This document shows, piece after piece, positions 38,606 through 51,449 of a stretch of 64,000 nt of DNA. How positions within the stretch are numbered: position 1 is the first letter of the stretch; every line of letters begins with the position of its first letter. Under the pieces are notes generated by a model that saw only the letters and a list, made by a program, of their open reading frames with translations, did not search any database and was not told the origin of the DNA. Both the position numbers and the translations under genes were made by a program. This DNA comes from Octopus vulgaris (lineage: Eukaryota): the NCBI GenBank assembly GCA_951406725.2, contig OX597818.1:48732001-48796000 (forward strand), written 5' to 3'.

Positions 38606-38689
38606 CTGAAACTGTTGTAAAGGTAGGTATATTCCAATATTCCAATGAAATCTTGCTTTTCAAAATTTTTTCTCATTTTTAGCAACTCC
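38606..38689 (-). CDS. Exon of minus-strand gene (ELLKMRKNFEKQDFIGILEYTYLYNSFR)
   Basis: ttgctttccag acceptor, 84 nt open, CAG|gtaggt donor; phases 2/2 match both neighbours. Confidence 0.78.
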
Positions 38690-38735
38690 CTGGAAAGCAA
38701 TTGGAATATATACAGTCTCATATTTTTATTTATTT

Positions 38736-39115
38736 GTGGAGGTGCAATAGCCCAGTGGTTTGGTCAGCAGACTCGTGATTGTAAGATTGCAGTTTCGATT
38801 CCCAGACTGGGTCTTGTGAGTGTTTATTGAACGAAAACACCTAAAACTCCATGAGGCTCCAGCAGGGAATGGTGGTGAACCCTGCTGTACTCTTTCACCA
38901 CAACTTTTTCTCACTCTTTCTTCTTGTTTCTGTTGTACCTGTATTTCAAAGGGCCAGCCTTGTCACACTCTGTGTCACGCTGAACCTCCCTAAGAACTAC
39001 GTTGAGGGTACATGTGTCTGTGGAGTGCTCAGCCACTTGCACGTTAATTTCATGAGCAGGCTGTTCAGTTGATCGGTTCAACTGGAACCCTCATCATAAT
39101 AACTGATGGAGTGCC
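38736..39115 (+). mobile_element. SINE family D
   Basis: tRNA-like head and body. Confidence 0.8.
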
Positions 39116-39515
39116 ATGTGATAATTTATTTATAATGTAAAGCGGCGAGCTGGCAGAATCATTAGCAGTATTTCGTCTGTCTTTATGTTCTGAGTTCAAA
39201 TTCTGCCAAACTTTGCCTTTCATCCTTTTGGGATCAATAAATTAAGTACCAGTTGCACACTGGGGTCGATCTAATCAACTGGCCCCCTCCCCCAAAATTT
39301 CGGGCCTCGTGCCTAGAGAAGAAAAAATTATTTATTTATAATGTAACCTTGGCATAGGTTGCATGTCCCAAGTTTCAAAGATTGAAAATATTGCAATCAT
39401 GAGATATTAATAGTTAGATATGGCTCCAAATTTAGTGAAATTCAGCTCATTCCCCTAACTTGAATGCCCATAAAAACAGATCTGTTAGGAGTCGAAGTTT
39501 TCAGGATTGGCTAGA

Positions 39516-40534
39516 TCTGGGGTTCTTCACCATTTTTTACCTTTGGCCCCTTTAATTACTATTTTATTCTGGTGGCCCCCCATAAACATTCAGTGTTTAA
39601 AAACTAGTTTCATAAATATTTCTTTCAAAATAACGTGACAGTCCCGTAAAGGGAATTACACCACCGTTATTTAGCCCTAGGAAGCATCGACGCCCTAGCT
39701 GTTGGGGGTGCTTGTCTCCCCTTCACAAATATAAGGACACAGGAAATGTGTCAAAGCTGACAGGAAGCGTCCATGCTTCCTATGGCTAAATAGCAGTGGT
39801 GTAATTCCCTTTACAGGACTATCACGTTAAGTTGACAGTATACAACCACTCTATCGCTCCACCACCGCTCATGTCTCTCTGAGACATTTAGAAATTCAAT
39901 ATTTCTAATCTTTCAAAATTTCTATTTTCTTTATCACACATTAACTTGTGTAGGTTGAACTCTCTTTACTCTTTTACTCTTTTACTTGTTTCAGTCATTT
40001 GACTGTGGCCATGCTGGAGCACCGCCTTTAATCGAGCAACTCGATCCTGGGACTTATTCTTTTGTAAACCCAGTACTTATTCTATCGGTCTCTTTTGCCA
40101 AACCGCTAAGTAACGGGGACATAAACACACCAGCATCACTTGTCAAGCAATGCTAGGGGGACAAACACAGACACACAAACACACACATACATATACATAT
40201 ATATACATATATACGACAGGCTTCTTTCAGTTTCTGTCTACCAAATCCACTCACAAGGCATTGGTCGGCCCGGGGCTATAGCAGAAGACACTTGCCCAAG
40301 GTGCCACGCAGTAGGACTGAACCCGGAACCATGTGGTTGGTTAGCAAGCTACTTACCACACAGCCAGAGAAAGAAACCTATATTTTTCTTGCAATACATA
40401 CACCTAAAACAAAATTGTTTCGGGGACCCTTAAAATACTTTTGTGGATCCCCAATTAGCTATTTCGTTGCAAGGGCCCCCAACAATCTTAAATGGACTCT
40501 CAGGGGGCATACAGACCTTGATTGGGAACTACTG
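39516..40534. mobile_element. hAT-like MITE host with nested foldback insertion and SINE B (39962-40365)
   Basis: Outer parts align with 2325-2666. Confidence 0.5.
39631..39829. repeat. Foldback element, ~63-bp inverted arms
   Basis: TAACGTGACAGTCCCGTAAAGGGAATTACACCAC... / ...GTGGTGTAATTCCCTTTACAGGACTATCACGTTA. Confidence 0.85.
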
Positions 40535-40807
40535 GGTTAGATACAAGGACTACTTCACTTGTGAAAAACTTCAGGCAATTTGAAAGACACCTTTCAAGCT
40601 ATTAGCTAGAAAGCCCCATATTTCGTTAAAGTTTGAAAGTTTGAACTGAGAACTTTGGTTTTTTATACAGAAATGTGGATTACTGAAAGAACTATATCAT
40701 GAAAGAGCATTTTAATAAAACACAAAGCTGGAAAATCCACTTTAAATTTCAATTTCTGCTTGCTTGAAGGCTGATATCAAAGCAAATTTTTAGCAATTTA
40801 TCCAAGT

Positions 40808-41100
40808 TTCTTTCTTTCTTTCTTTCTTCTTCTTCTTTTTCTTCTTCTTCTTCTTCTTCTTCTTCTTCTTCTTCTTCTTCTTCTTCTTTTTCTCCTCCTC
40901 CTCCTCCGCCTTCTCTTCCGCCGCCTTCTCCTTCTCCTTCTTCTTCTTCTTCTTCTTCTTCTTCTTCTTCTTCTCCTTCTTCTTCTTCTCCTCCTCCTCT
41001 GCCTTCTCCTTCTCCTTCTCCTTCTTCTCCTTCTTCTTCTTCTTCTTCTTCTTCTTCTTCTTCTTCTTCTTCTTCTTCTTCTTCTTCTTCTTCTTCTCCT
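40808..41100. repeat. (CTT)n/(CCT)n polypyrimidine microsatellite
   Basis: Direct inspection. Confidence 0.95.
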
Positions 41101-41222
41101 TCATCACCATCCCCACCTCTGCCACCGCAACCACCACTGCTGCTGCCACCATTGCCATCACTGCTTCCATCACCACTGGTGCTGCCACCGCTGCCACTCC
41201 AACGACTGGGTTGTTGTCATTG

Positions 41223-41253
<31 letters not shown>

Positions 41254-42058
41254 GATTGTCATCATCAACATTGTTTTAACATCCACTCTCCCTTTATGCC
41301 CACAATCCTCATCTGCTTCCAAGTAAGGTAATATTTCCTCATGACAAGACATATTTTCATGGAAGACTGGACATGAAGGACACCACTTGTATAGAGGTGA
41401 CCCTCACAACTTTCATTTGATCTAGGAGACAGTAACACACGCACACACACACACACACACACACACTCACATACTCATACATATTCACACACACTCACAC
41501 ATGCACTCACACACACACTCATACATTTAAATGCACACACATATACATACTCACATACACACATGCACACTCACACACACACACACACACACACACAAAC
41601 ATACATACATATACACACACACACTCATACACACAGGCTCATACACGCGCTCACCCACTCACATACACACATGCACTCATACACACACTCACACATGCAC
41701 ACTCACGCAGACACACTCATACACACACATTCATACACACATTCATACACACACATTCATACACACACACACACACATGTACATTTCTATACATGACTGG
41801 CTTCTTTCAGTTTCCATGAACCAAAACCACTCATATGGCTTTGATCAGCCTGGGGCTATATTAAAAGACACTCGCCTACAATGCCACGTAGTGCAACTAA
41901 ATCTGAATCCATATGGTTAAGAAATAAATTTCTTGTCTCTCAATCATGCCTGAACCTATATTTTATCTAATGTCAAACCTTGATTGACATCAATTTGCCT
42001 CTTGAGATAATGAGGGGCAAGCCCAATTAAATTGCTTGTTCAGCCTTTGTTAATTAAC

Positions 42059-42194
42059 CTATCCTTATCAGGTTTGTAATTCACCACTTTGATTCCTAAC
42101 TTTACTAACAATAGTAGGGTTGTATTGCCAGTATAAGAGATTCCTTCTTGTATTTCAGTTGAAGAGGGATATTCCTGTGTATACTCAAGTTCCA
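42059..42194 (-). CDS. Exon of minus-strand gene (ELEYTQEYPSSTEIQEGISYTGNTTLLLLVKLGIKVVNYKPDKD)
   Basis: gagcttttacag acceptor, 136 nt open, AG|gttaat donor; phase-2 join AG|G with exon 38606-38689. Confidence 0.7.
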
Positions 42195-42358
42195 CTGTAA
42201 AAGCTCAAAGCAGTAAGAGGAGGTAAATCCCATAACCACAATCAAGCTAAATTCTGAATCACGTAAATTATTTCTTTAATCTATAATAATAAAAGCGAAA
42301 TTCTGTCTGTCTGGGATCCCTGAGTCTCACTCTATATTTGCTCTACATAGGACATATA

Positions 42359-42583
42359 CCTATTTCTTTACTACCCACAAGGGGTTAAACACAGAGAGGA
42401 CAAACAAATGGATTAAGTCGATTACATCGACCCCAGTGCGTAACTGGTACTTAATTTATCGACCCCGAAAGGATGAAAGCCAAAGTTGACCTCGGCGAAA
42501 TTTGAACTCAGAACGTAATGGCAGATGAAATACGGCTACGCATTTCGCCCGGCGTGCTAACGTTTCTGCCAGCTCGCCGCCTT
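42359..42583 (-). mobile_element. SINE family A with TSD
   Basis: AGGACATATAC on both flanks. Confidence 0.9.
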
Positions 42584-42920
42584 AAAGGACATATACATAG
42601 GACATATACTTTTAGGAATCAGGATGATCCTGGGATTGAAAATCTGCTCTTTATTTTGTTTGTGAACATCCAGCATTGGGATTTAATTTAAAAGCATTTG
42701 GATTGCTATTTCTAGCAGGTAAAGCTTGGCTGATTTATGCCAACTTGGTTGGCATTTGTCAGATGACATCAGAGATGAAGGGGGAGATAAATGACATTCA
42801 CTTTGTTAATTTTACTTCGAGATGAAGACTTTAGGACAAACTGGCCAACAGCTGGAATTCAACTTGGGACTGGAACAATAGAATGATTGCATTACAAAAT
42901 TAATTCGCACCCATCTTTAA

Positions 42921-43141
42921 CCCTTTAGTGTTCACATTATTCTGCCAAAATGAATGCTTTTTCATCCTCATTGTTTTGAACTAATCATGCATTATCTCGT
43001 AGCTATGAGATTTTGACGAGGTAGCTGTTAATTTTTAAAACGATATTGTAGGGTTGGTATGAGAGACCAGATCTGGCCAGTTTGAACATAAAACAGGCAG
43101 AATACTTTTGGCCGGATATGGCCGGTTTAAATGCTAATGGG
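42921..43141. mobile_element. piggyBac-type MITE
   Basis: TTAA TSDs; CCCTTTAG ... CTAATGGG. Confidence 0.85.
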
Positions 43142-44324
43142 TTAACCTATGATCAAACACAGCTGGGGCATATAGTCTTTATAGATGTATTATAGCCATG
43201 CTATTCAGCTTGGTTTAGTTTTGGGCCACAGGCCCAATTAGCTCTCTGGAGGAGCTAGTTTTAAAGTCTGTACAGAGTGCAGCTTTTAAGCTTGTGACTA
43301 ATAAGGGTGAATGAAATGCTTACTGATTGAATATTCTTTGTGATGTCCTAAGGTGATTTTTATCCCAATGGTGCTCAGTGAATTCATGATGTAATAATAA
43401 GCACTAACCTGTTGGGCATGTCTTTTATCTTTATCTTTATCTTTTACTTATTTCAATCATTAGACTGTAGCCATGCTGGAGCACTGCCTCGAACAATGTT
43501 TTTTAGTCGAATGAATCAATCCCAGTACTTACTTTTTGTTAAACCTGGTACTTAGTCGATCAGTGACTTTTGCCAAACCACTAAGTTATGGCGATGTAAA
43601 CACACCAACACAGGTTGTCAAGCAGTGGTGGGACAAACCCCACCCCACACACACATGTTGAATATATATACTTCTATACATATTCTTTTATTCTTATACT
43701 TGTTTCAGCCATTTGACTGTGGCCATGCAGGAGCATCACCTTTAGTCGAAGAAATCAACCCCAGGACTTATTCTTTGTAAGCCTAGTCCTTATTCTATCA
43801 ATCTCTTTTTTCCGAACTGCTAGGTTACAGGGGAACATAAGCACACCAACATCGGTTGTCAAACACAGACACATAAACATATACATATATACACATATAT
43901 ACGATGGGCTTCTTTCAGTTTCCATCTACCAAATCTACTTACAAGGCTTTGGTTGGCCCAAGGTGATAGCAGAAGACACTTGCCCAAGATGCCATGCAGT
44001 GGGACTGAACCCAGAACCATGTGGTTGGGAAGCAAGTATTTTATCAAACAGCCACACCTGTATATCAATAGAAATAAAATGGAATAACATCACTGCTCTA
44101 GCCATTAGTATCATCATTGTTCTCCTCCTCCTCCTCCTCATCATCATCATCACCACCATTCCCATATCACCGCGTTGTTATTATAGTCATTATTGTTGTC
44201 AATGTCATCATCATCACTATCATCATCAGCACCCCCACTATCACCACCACCACCACCATCACACCATCATCATAATCATCATCATTGCCATAGTCATCAC
44301 CACTATCACCAATATATATATTCG

Positions 44325-44830
44325 CATCCTTTTTGTCTCAGGAGACAATGGAGTTGCGGATAGAATAATCTAGTCCAGTTTTTACATTTCATGTCCTGAT
44401 ACATCTCCTGCTGTGCCTGTGTAGTCCTTTCCTGGACAAACACTCCCTCTGGCAGGTGCCGCAAATATAGTGAAGACTTTGCCTGGCTGGATGTAATGTC
44501 ATAGTTTCTTGTTGACGTCTTTTCTTGTCTTTCCATTTCTCCTCTCTCTCTCTCTGTCAATCCTTTGTGTTCCCTCTTTTATGGTACGTTGTCAATCTCC
44601 ACAGTTGCTGGCAACTGCTTCCCAGTTGCTAATATTGATGTTGCAGGCTTTCATGTCCCTTTTGTAAACATTCTTGTATCGTAAGAACGGTCTTCCCACA
44701 GACCTAGTGCCCCTAGAAATTTCTCCGTAGAGTATGTCCTTGGGGATTCTGCCATCTTCCATACAGCTAACATGTCCAAGCCATCTCATAAGTCTTTGTG
44801 TGAGGAGTGAAAACATACTTGGTATTCCTG
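44325..44830 (-). mobile_element. RTE-clade LINE 3' fragment
   Basis: LMRWLGHVSCMEDGRIPKDILYGEI..G.RSVGRP.LRYK...KRDMK. Confidence 0.85.
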
Positions 44831-45456
44831 CTTGGTGTAAGGAAGAGCATCCAGCCTTAAAAAACCCTGCCAAAACAGACACAGTAGCCTGGGGTAGTCT
44901 TCTACCTGGCCAGCTCCTAACAACTGTCCCATCCATGCATGCATGGAAGACAGACATTAAACGATGACGATGATGATAATGACGATGATGATATGTGTGT
45001 CCATGTGTACATACATGTGTGTGTATGTGTATCTTGGGATTTGAAATGTTTATTATATGAGAACAAAAAGAAAATCAATAAAACAATTGAAATATTTTCT
45101 CAATTCACTCTAAGTTTATTTATTGTTTTTTTTTTGTGTTATTTGAGCTGGCAACGCTTCAAAATGGAATGTTTCTTTTGGAAGTTATTCTGAGTATCAG
45201 AAACATCTACTCTTCTTATTCTTCTTTCAGTGATGGAGCGGCAGAATTCTTTAGTCTTGCAAACTGCAAACTAGCAGACTTGCTAGTGTTGGTGCCATGA
45301 AAAAAAGCAGCCAGTACCGATTGTAAAGAGGTTGGTGTTAGGAAGTGCTTCCAGCGATTGAAACTGTGTCAAAACTGAGGCATAAGAAACACAATGCGAT
45401 TCTTTGACTCTTCAGATCCTGTCAAACTGTGTAACCCATGGTAAGCAGGCACGTCG

Positions 45457-46330
45457 GTGATGATGATGATGGTGCTTGTGGTGGAGATGGTGGCTGTGGG
45501 GGTAACGGTGCAGCAACATAGCAGTGATTTTAGTGATAACAAAGACAATGTTGAAAATAATGATGGTGATGATGATGATGATGACGACGATGACGATGAT
45601 TGTGTGTGTCAGTTGTGATGATGGTGATGGTGATGGCGGTGGTGGTGGTGGTGGTGGTGGCGGTGGTGGTGGTGGCGATGGTGGCGGAGGTGGTGGCTGT
45701 GGCGGTAAAGGTGTGGCAGTATAGCAGTGATTTTAGTGATGACAATGATGATGGTGATGATGATGACGATGATGGTTGTGTCGGTTGTGATGGTGATGGT
45801 GGCAGTGGTGGTGGTGGTGGTGGTGGTGGAGGTGGAGGTAGTGGTTGTGGCGGTAACTGTGCGGCAGTATAGCAGTGATTTTAGTGATGACGACGACGAT
45901 GACAATGATGATGATGATGATGATGACGATGATTGTGTCGGTTGTGATGATGATGATGATGACGATGATTGTGTCGGTTGTGATGATGGTGGTGGTGGTG
46001 GTGGTGGTGGTGGAAATGTTAGTACTGCAGCTACTGATGATGATAGTTGTGGTGGTGGTGGTGATGGTGGTGGTAGTGGTGGTGGTGGTGGTGGCAGAGG
46101 TGGTGGTTGTGGCAGTAATAGTGTGGCAGTATAGCATTGAGTTTAGTGCTGACGGCGACAACAATGATGACAATGATGATGACAACGACGACGATGATGA
46201 TGATGATGATGCTTGAGGTGGTAGTGACGGTGGTGGTGGCAGTGGTAGTGCTGCAGCTACCGATGATGATGGTGATGGTGATGGTGGTGCTGGTGCTGGT
46301 GATGGTAGTGGCACTGCTGCTGCTGATGAT
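45457..46330. repeat. Compound (GAT)n/(GGT)n minisatellite with recurring spacer
   Basis: GCAGTATAGCAGTGATTTTAGTGAT-like anchor at ~45515, 45716, 45864 and 46126. Confidence 0.85.
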
Positions 46331-46416
46331 ACGCCTATTTGTTTCTTTTTTTTCGTTTTTTTTTTTACATAATTCCTGATTAGCACCGATAGAAAGATGG
46401 CAGTTGATATACTTTT

Positions 46417-46742
46417 CATTATTTACATTATTTACATTATTTACATTTGATGGATATTTGTCCTCATCTTGTTTGTTGTTAACACAACGTTTTAGCTGAT
46501 ATACCCTCCAACCTTCTTCAGTTGTCTTGGGGAAATTTCGAACCTGTGTTCTCATTCCTAAGGAATGAGAACCCAGGTTCAAAATTTCCCCAAGACATTC
46601 CTTAGGAATAAGAACACAGGTTCAAAATTTCCCCAAGACACCTGAAAAAGGCTGGAAAGTATATCAGCCGAAACGTTGTGTTAATAACAAACAAGATGAG
46701 GACAAATATCCGTCGAATGTAAATAATGTAAATAATGTACAT
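46417..46742. mobile_element. Inverted pair of Penelope-like terminal repeats, each with a hammerhead motif
   Basis: Palindromic about ~46560; + copy GACAC-CTGAAAA-AGGCTG..CAGCC-GAAACGTT-GTGTT (46637-46682); - copy CTGAAGA-AGGTTG..CAGCT-AAAACGTT-GTGTT (46481-46526). Confidence 0.75.
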
Positions 46743-47254
46743 AATTCTTCATCTTACTTTTTTTAAAGCCTTTGCATATTTTATCAGTCTCTTTTGCTGA
46801 ACTGTTAAGTTAAGAGGATGTAAACAAACCAACGCTAGTTGTCAAGTGGTGGTGGGGAAAAAACACAGGCACAAACACAGACACACACACACACATGACG
46901 GGCTTCTTTCTGTTTCTGTCTACCAAATCCACTCACAAGACTTTGGTCAGTCCGAGGTTGACCAAGACAAGTGTCTATAGTAGAAGACACTTGCCCTGCC
47001 CAAGGCCCCATACAGTGGAACCGAACCCTGGGCCATGTAGCTAGAAGGCAAGCTTCTTACCACCCAGTCACATCTGTGCCTAACACCATCTTTTTACTTG
47101 TTTCAGTCATTCTTCCTGTCACCAATCCTTGATTGCTTCTAATCAAGGTAATATCTAATTATGTCCAGTCATGTTTTAATTATGATTGGGAATGAATGAC
47201 ACCGATTGTATGAAAGTGACACTGATTCAAAACTGATGTCAAGATGAGGAGGCA

Positions 47255-47302
<48 letters not shown>

Positions 47303-47363
47303 ATGGATGTCTTTCATTTTCCATCTATCAAATCCACTCTCAAGGGCTTTGATGAATAATATA

Positions 47364-47587
47364 CACGGTGATTCAAAAGTCACCATGCATAGGAAAAATT
47401 TATTTTTCTTTAAGAAACAGGAGGCGTAGGAGTGGCTGTGTGATAAGTAGCTTGCTTACCAACCACATGGTTCTGGGTTCATTCCCACTGTGTGGCACCT
47501 TGGGCAAGTGTCTTCTACTATAGCCTCGGGCTGACCAAATCCTTGTGAGTGGATTTGGTAGACGGAAACTGAAAAAAGCCCGTCGTA

Positions 47588-47642
<55 letters not shown>

Positions 47643-47814
47643 CTTTATAATTAGGGTTCAGCAAAGATTTGCTTTACCACATACCAGCAAATCTTTGCTG
47701 AAACCTAATTATAAAGTTTTACTTAAGTTTACCGTGAAATGGTCTTTTCATGCCGAATTCTACTTGGTGAAATTATTGATTACTTCTTAATTAATTAATT
47801 TTACCCTTTGTTAT

Positions 47815-47845
<31 letters not shown>

Positions 47846-48146
47846 GTGTATATGTTTGTGTGTCTGTGTTTGTTCTGCCAACATTGCTTGACAACCGATG
47901 CTGGTATGTTTACATCCCCGTAACTTAGCGGTTTGGCAAAAGAGACCAATAGAATAAGTACTAGGCTTCCAAAGAATAAGTCCTGGGGTCGATTTGCTCG
48001 ACTAAAGGTGGTACTCCAGCATGGCCACAGTCAAATGACTGAAACAAGTAAAAGAGAGTAAAAAGAGTAAAGAGTTAAATAAAAAAAAAATGTTTCTTAT
48101 AAAAAAATAATTTGTTCTTATGTATGGCGACTTTCGAATCACCCTG
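47364..48146. mobile_element. Tc1/mariner MITE containing nested SINE B (47421-48075)
   Basis: TA flanks; TIRs CACGGTGATTCAAAAGTCACCAT / ATGGCGACTTTCGAATCACCCTG. Confidence 0.75.
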
Positions 48147-48241
48147 TATTAAGCTGACAGTGATATTGCTGTTTATAAAATCACACACATCAATATTGGG
48201 ATTAAACTAAACTTAATATTGATGTATATAAAGACAGTATA

Positions 48242-48629
48242 TCTTTATATATAAAAGTGAAGTTGTGTGTCTGTCTCCTACGATTTAGATTCCTAACTAC
48301 TCCCACATTTTGCGGTGCAGTTTAACCAAAACCGGGTATCTTATAGTCGTGATTCATATCGAGCCCTTCTGGGTATTAGCACGCGTCTACGATGAGTCTA
48401 CGATTTAAAAAAAAAATCTACCATAATTTTTTCCATTTTAATGCATTTTTTCGCTATTATATAAGGGAAGTAACTCTCTAAAAATGTCTACGATGAGTCA
48501 ACGATTTAAAAAAAAAATTACCATAATTTTTTATTCCATTTTTAATGCATTTTTTTGCTATAACTCTCTAAAAATGCTTATATAGTTATTTCCCTTACAA
48601 ACCCGAGCAACGCCGGGCGATACTGCTAG
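48242..48629 (+). mobile_element. Non-autonomous Helitron
   Basis: A|TC start, CCCGAGCAACGCCGGG hairpin, CTAG|T end; internal ~90-bp duplication. Confidence 0.85.
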
Positions 48630-48764
48630 TTTGATAATAAAGTGTTTATTGAGTTTTATATTGAAACTTTGAAAAACACGTGGTAGTGATATGTCAAATT
48701 GATCTTTATATTTTATGGTAATGCATGTTAACTCAGTGTAAAATTGATGATTATATTGTTTTTT

Positions 48765-49058
48765 TATTTCGCCCTTTTCAAGCCTGGCCAGGCTTGTGGG
48801 CCCGGTTTCCCAGTTTCTGTGGCGTATGTGTCCCCACCCCCAGCTGGAAGGGACGCCAGTCCATCGCAACGTTACTCAAGAAACAGGAAGAGAGAGTGAG
48901 AAAAAGTTGTGGTGAAAGAGTACAACAAGGGTTGCCACCACCCCCTGCCGGAGCCTCATGCAGCTTTAGGTGTTTTTGCTCAATAAACACACACAACAAC
49001 TGGTCTGGGAATCGAAACCGCGATCCTCCGACCGCGAGTCCGCTGCCCTAACCACTGG
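48765..49058 (-). mobile_element. SINE family D
   Basis: Reverse-complement match to 13314-13605. Confidence 0.8.
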
Positions 49059-49185
49059 ATGATTATATTAATGTTATTATATTTTCAACACACCTTAAGA
49101 AGTGACCTCTTGCCAAATAAGGGCAATGCAGCAATAGAAATGTATTCACATGTAGAATTAATTAATATGCACTTTAATATGTTAC

Positions 49186-49237
49186 CTAATTTTCTTTCCA
49201 AACTAATTACAAAATCTACATCATCAGTTGATTGATT
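49186..49237 (-). CDS. Candidate exon 2 of minus-strand gene (NQSTDDVDFVISLERKL)
   Basis: tatacag acceptor, AG|gtaaca donor, 52 nt, phase 0->1 bridges exon 1 and exon 42059-42194. Confidence 0.5.
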
Positions 49238-50876
49238 CTGTATATTGACCAATTACAGAGAGTCTGCTTGGGTGTGAGCCATTGCTTTAGAAAAAGAAGA
49301 AGGAGAAGAGAGGTTGAATATAGACTGTAACTAGAAGTATGGTTTCAGGGAGCAGCAGATATTTAGCCATAAGTCAGGCTAGATTGAAATGATTCATGAT
49401 CAAAGGTATTCCGGTCATAACTGTTTCTTTTACCCTGTGCAGAATGAACTTTAGACTATATCACTCAATTTATCTCGCCTTCAAGATGACAGTGGTATGA
49501 TTTGCTATGTCTAGCAAACAGCACGACTACATAGAGGAAACTACAGTGGTTTGAAGGAAGATAAAATGTTTTTTGTTTAGTATGTAGGGTTATACGACCG
49601 TACTTAAGGGGGTTGTCGACAAATGTCTCCTTTTGATGTCGCACAGTTGCCCCTAACAAAATAAGAGATAGCTCTGTTGTCAGTGACTAGACCTTAGAAG
49701 GTCTAAAGTCGAAAGACGGAGAATAGTGAAAACAAGCACCTTATAAAGCTTGCGGTGGGCTCAAAGAAGCAGACCTTATCAGAAGGCCATGATTGGTTGC
49801 TTTTCACTCTGGCGTGAAATAAGTAGGGAGAAAAACTGTGCTAGATGCCAACCAATCAGATCAGTGGACACAACAGGGTCAAACCAGCCAAAGATGGCTG
49901 TAATCCCAAACGAGATCATTCTTATTGTGTTTCTCAAACAGTGAGGATATCAGTTACACTACAAGTATAACTAGAACTCTGCTTTTTCTAAATTCAGTTA
50001 ATAAAATTAAAGAGCATTAGAAATTGGGTTCTAATGCTCATGGCCTAGCGCTTAGGGTGTTGCAGTCATGATTTCAAGATCATGGTTTCAATTCTCAGAA
50101 AGAGTGCTGCATTGTGTTCTTAAGCAAAACACTTCATTTCAGGTTGCTCCAGTCCACTTAGCTGTAAATGGGTCAGGGTCACCTTGTGATGGTCTGGGAG
50201 AATGTTGGCTGGCCTGCCTAACCAGTGGGGTGACATCATTCAAAAGCTTCAACAATATGATGAAGTGCATTGTAACAAGCGGTGTATAACAAATTCTGAT
50301 AGTCTTGTTGACACAGTGATATAATAATATATATAGATAATGATGGAAATAAACAAATATATATATACATATGTTGTTTGTTCCTTCTCGAGCCATGTCT
50401 GTTTCATAAGGGCCGGTTTCCCGGTTTCCTTGGTGTATAGATTCCCCACCTGGACAGAAAGCTGGTCTGTTGCAGGTGAGCTGCAAGATGCAGGAGGAAA
50501 GAGTGCGAGAGAGTTGTGGCGTAAGAGTCAGCAGAAGTTCACCATTGCCTTCTGCCGGAGCCGCGTGGAGCTTAGGTGTTTTGCTCATAAACACAAACAT
50601 CGCCCGGTCTGAGATTTGAATCCGCAATCCCTCGACTGCAAGTCCGCTGTTCTAACCACTAGGGATATGTGCCTCCACACACACACACATATATGTGTGT
50701 GTGTATATATATTTATATATACATGTAAAAATATAAAGGAAACTATGGAGAGAGAAACAAAAACTGAAAATATACAGAAGATGGACTTTCATGTATAAGC
50801 ATATTGATACTTTTATGTTGTGGTGCACCTGAGCACTGTATACAATAATTTCATTATTATTATTATTATTATTATT

Positions 50877-51248
50877 GAGTGAGAGAGCAGTGCGTGCCAT
50901 CAAAGTGACACTAGGGTAAAATATACGAAGGCTAGTATATCCATCATGACTACCCATCTGATAAGGGTACACTAGGTACATGCATCACAACCATATGTGC
51001 GCAACATGGTGATCTCATATCAAGATAAATAGCACATGGCCTTGCAGGTGGGGCCCAGTTAGAATTTTCTTTTGGTGGAGTAATCCATCCCATTCAAAAG
51101 GTCCCTGAATAAGGATTGTTTAAGGATGTTGAACAAACCACCCATGTTTCCAAAGGTGAATTATCCAAACCTCTAACAATTCCTTTCAACACACGGCTAT
51201 GATGCTCCCCCACTACTTCTGCTCGTGATCGGAGATGCACATATCGCT
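50877..51248 (-). mobile_element. (TAA)n-associated retroelement copy (truncated)
   Basis: Matches 14127-14654. Confidence 0.75.
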
Positions 51249-51263
51249 TGCAGAGGTCAGATG

Positions 51264-51306
<43 letters not shown>

Positions 51307-51331
51307 TATTATTATTATTATTATTATTATC

Positions 51332-51388
<57 letters not shown>

Positions 51389-51449
51389 TTCCAGAACAGA
51401 TTTACATGGAGTACAAAGATACAGAAAACTAAGAGGCCAATCTCTCCAC

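Noticed and set aside
43324-43408. Alternative phase 0->1 exon candidate (VSAYYYIMNSLSTIGIKITLGHHKEYSI) or 24-nt micro-exon
   Set aside because: Good donor but purine-rich acceptor; cannot be chosen over 49186-49237 without transcript data
49450-50020. GC-richer segment with CCAAT and ATTAAA resembling a solo LTR
   Set aside because: No TG...CA termini, TSD or second copy identifiable
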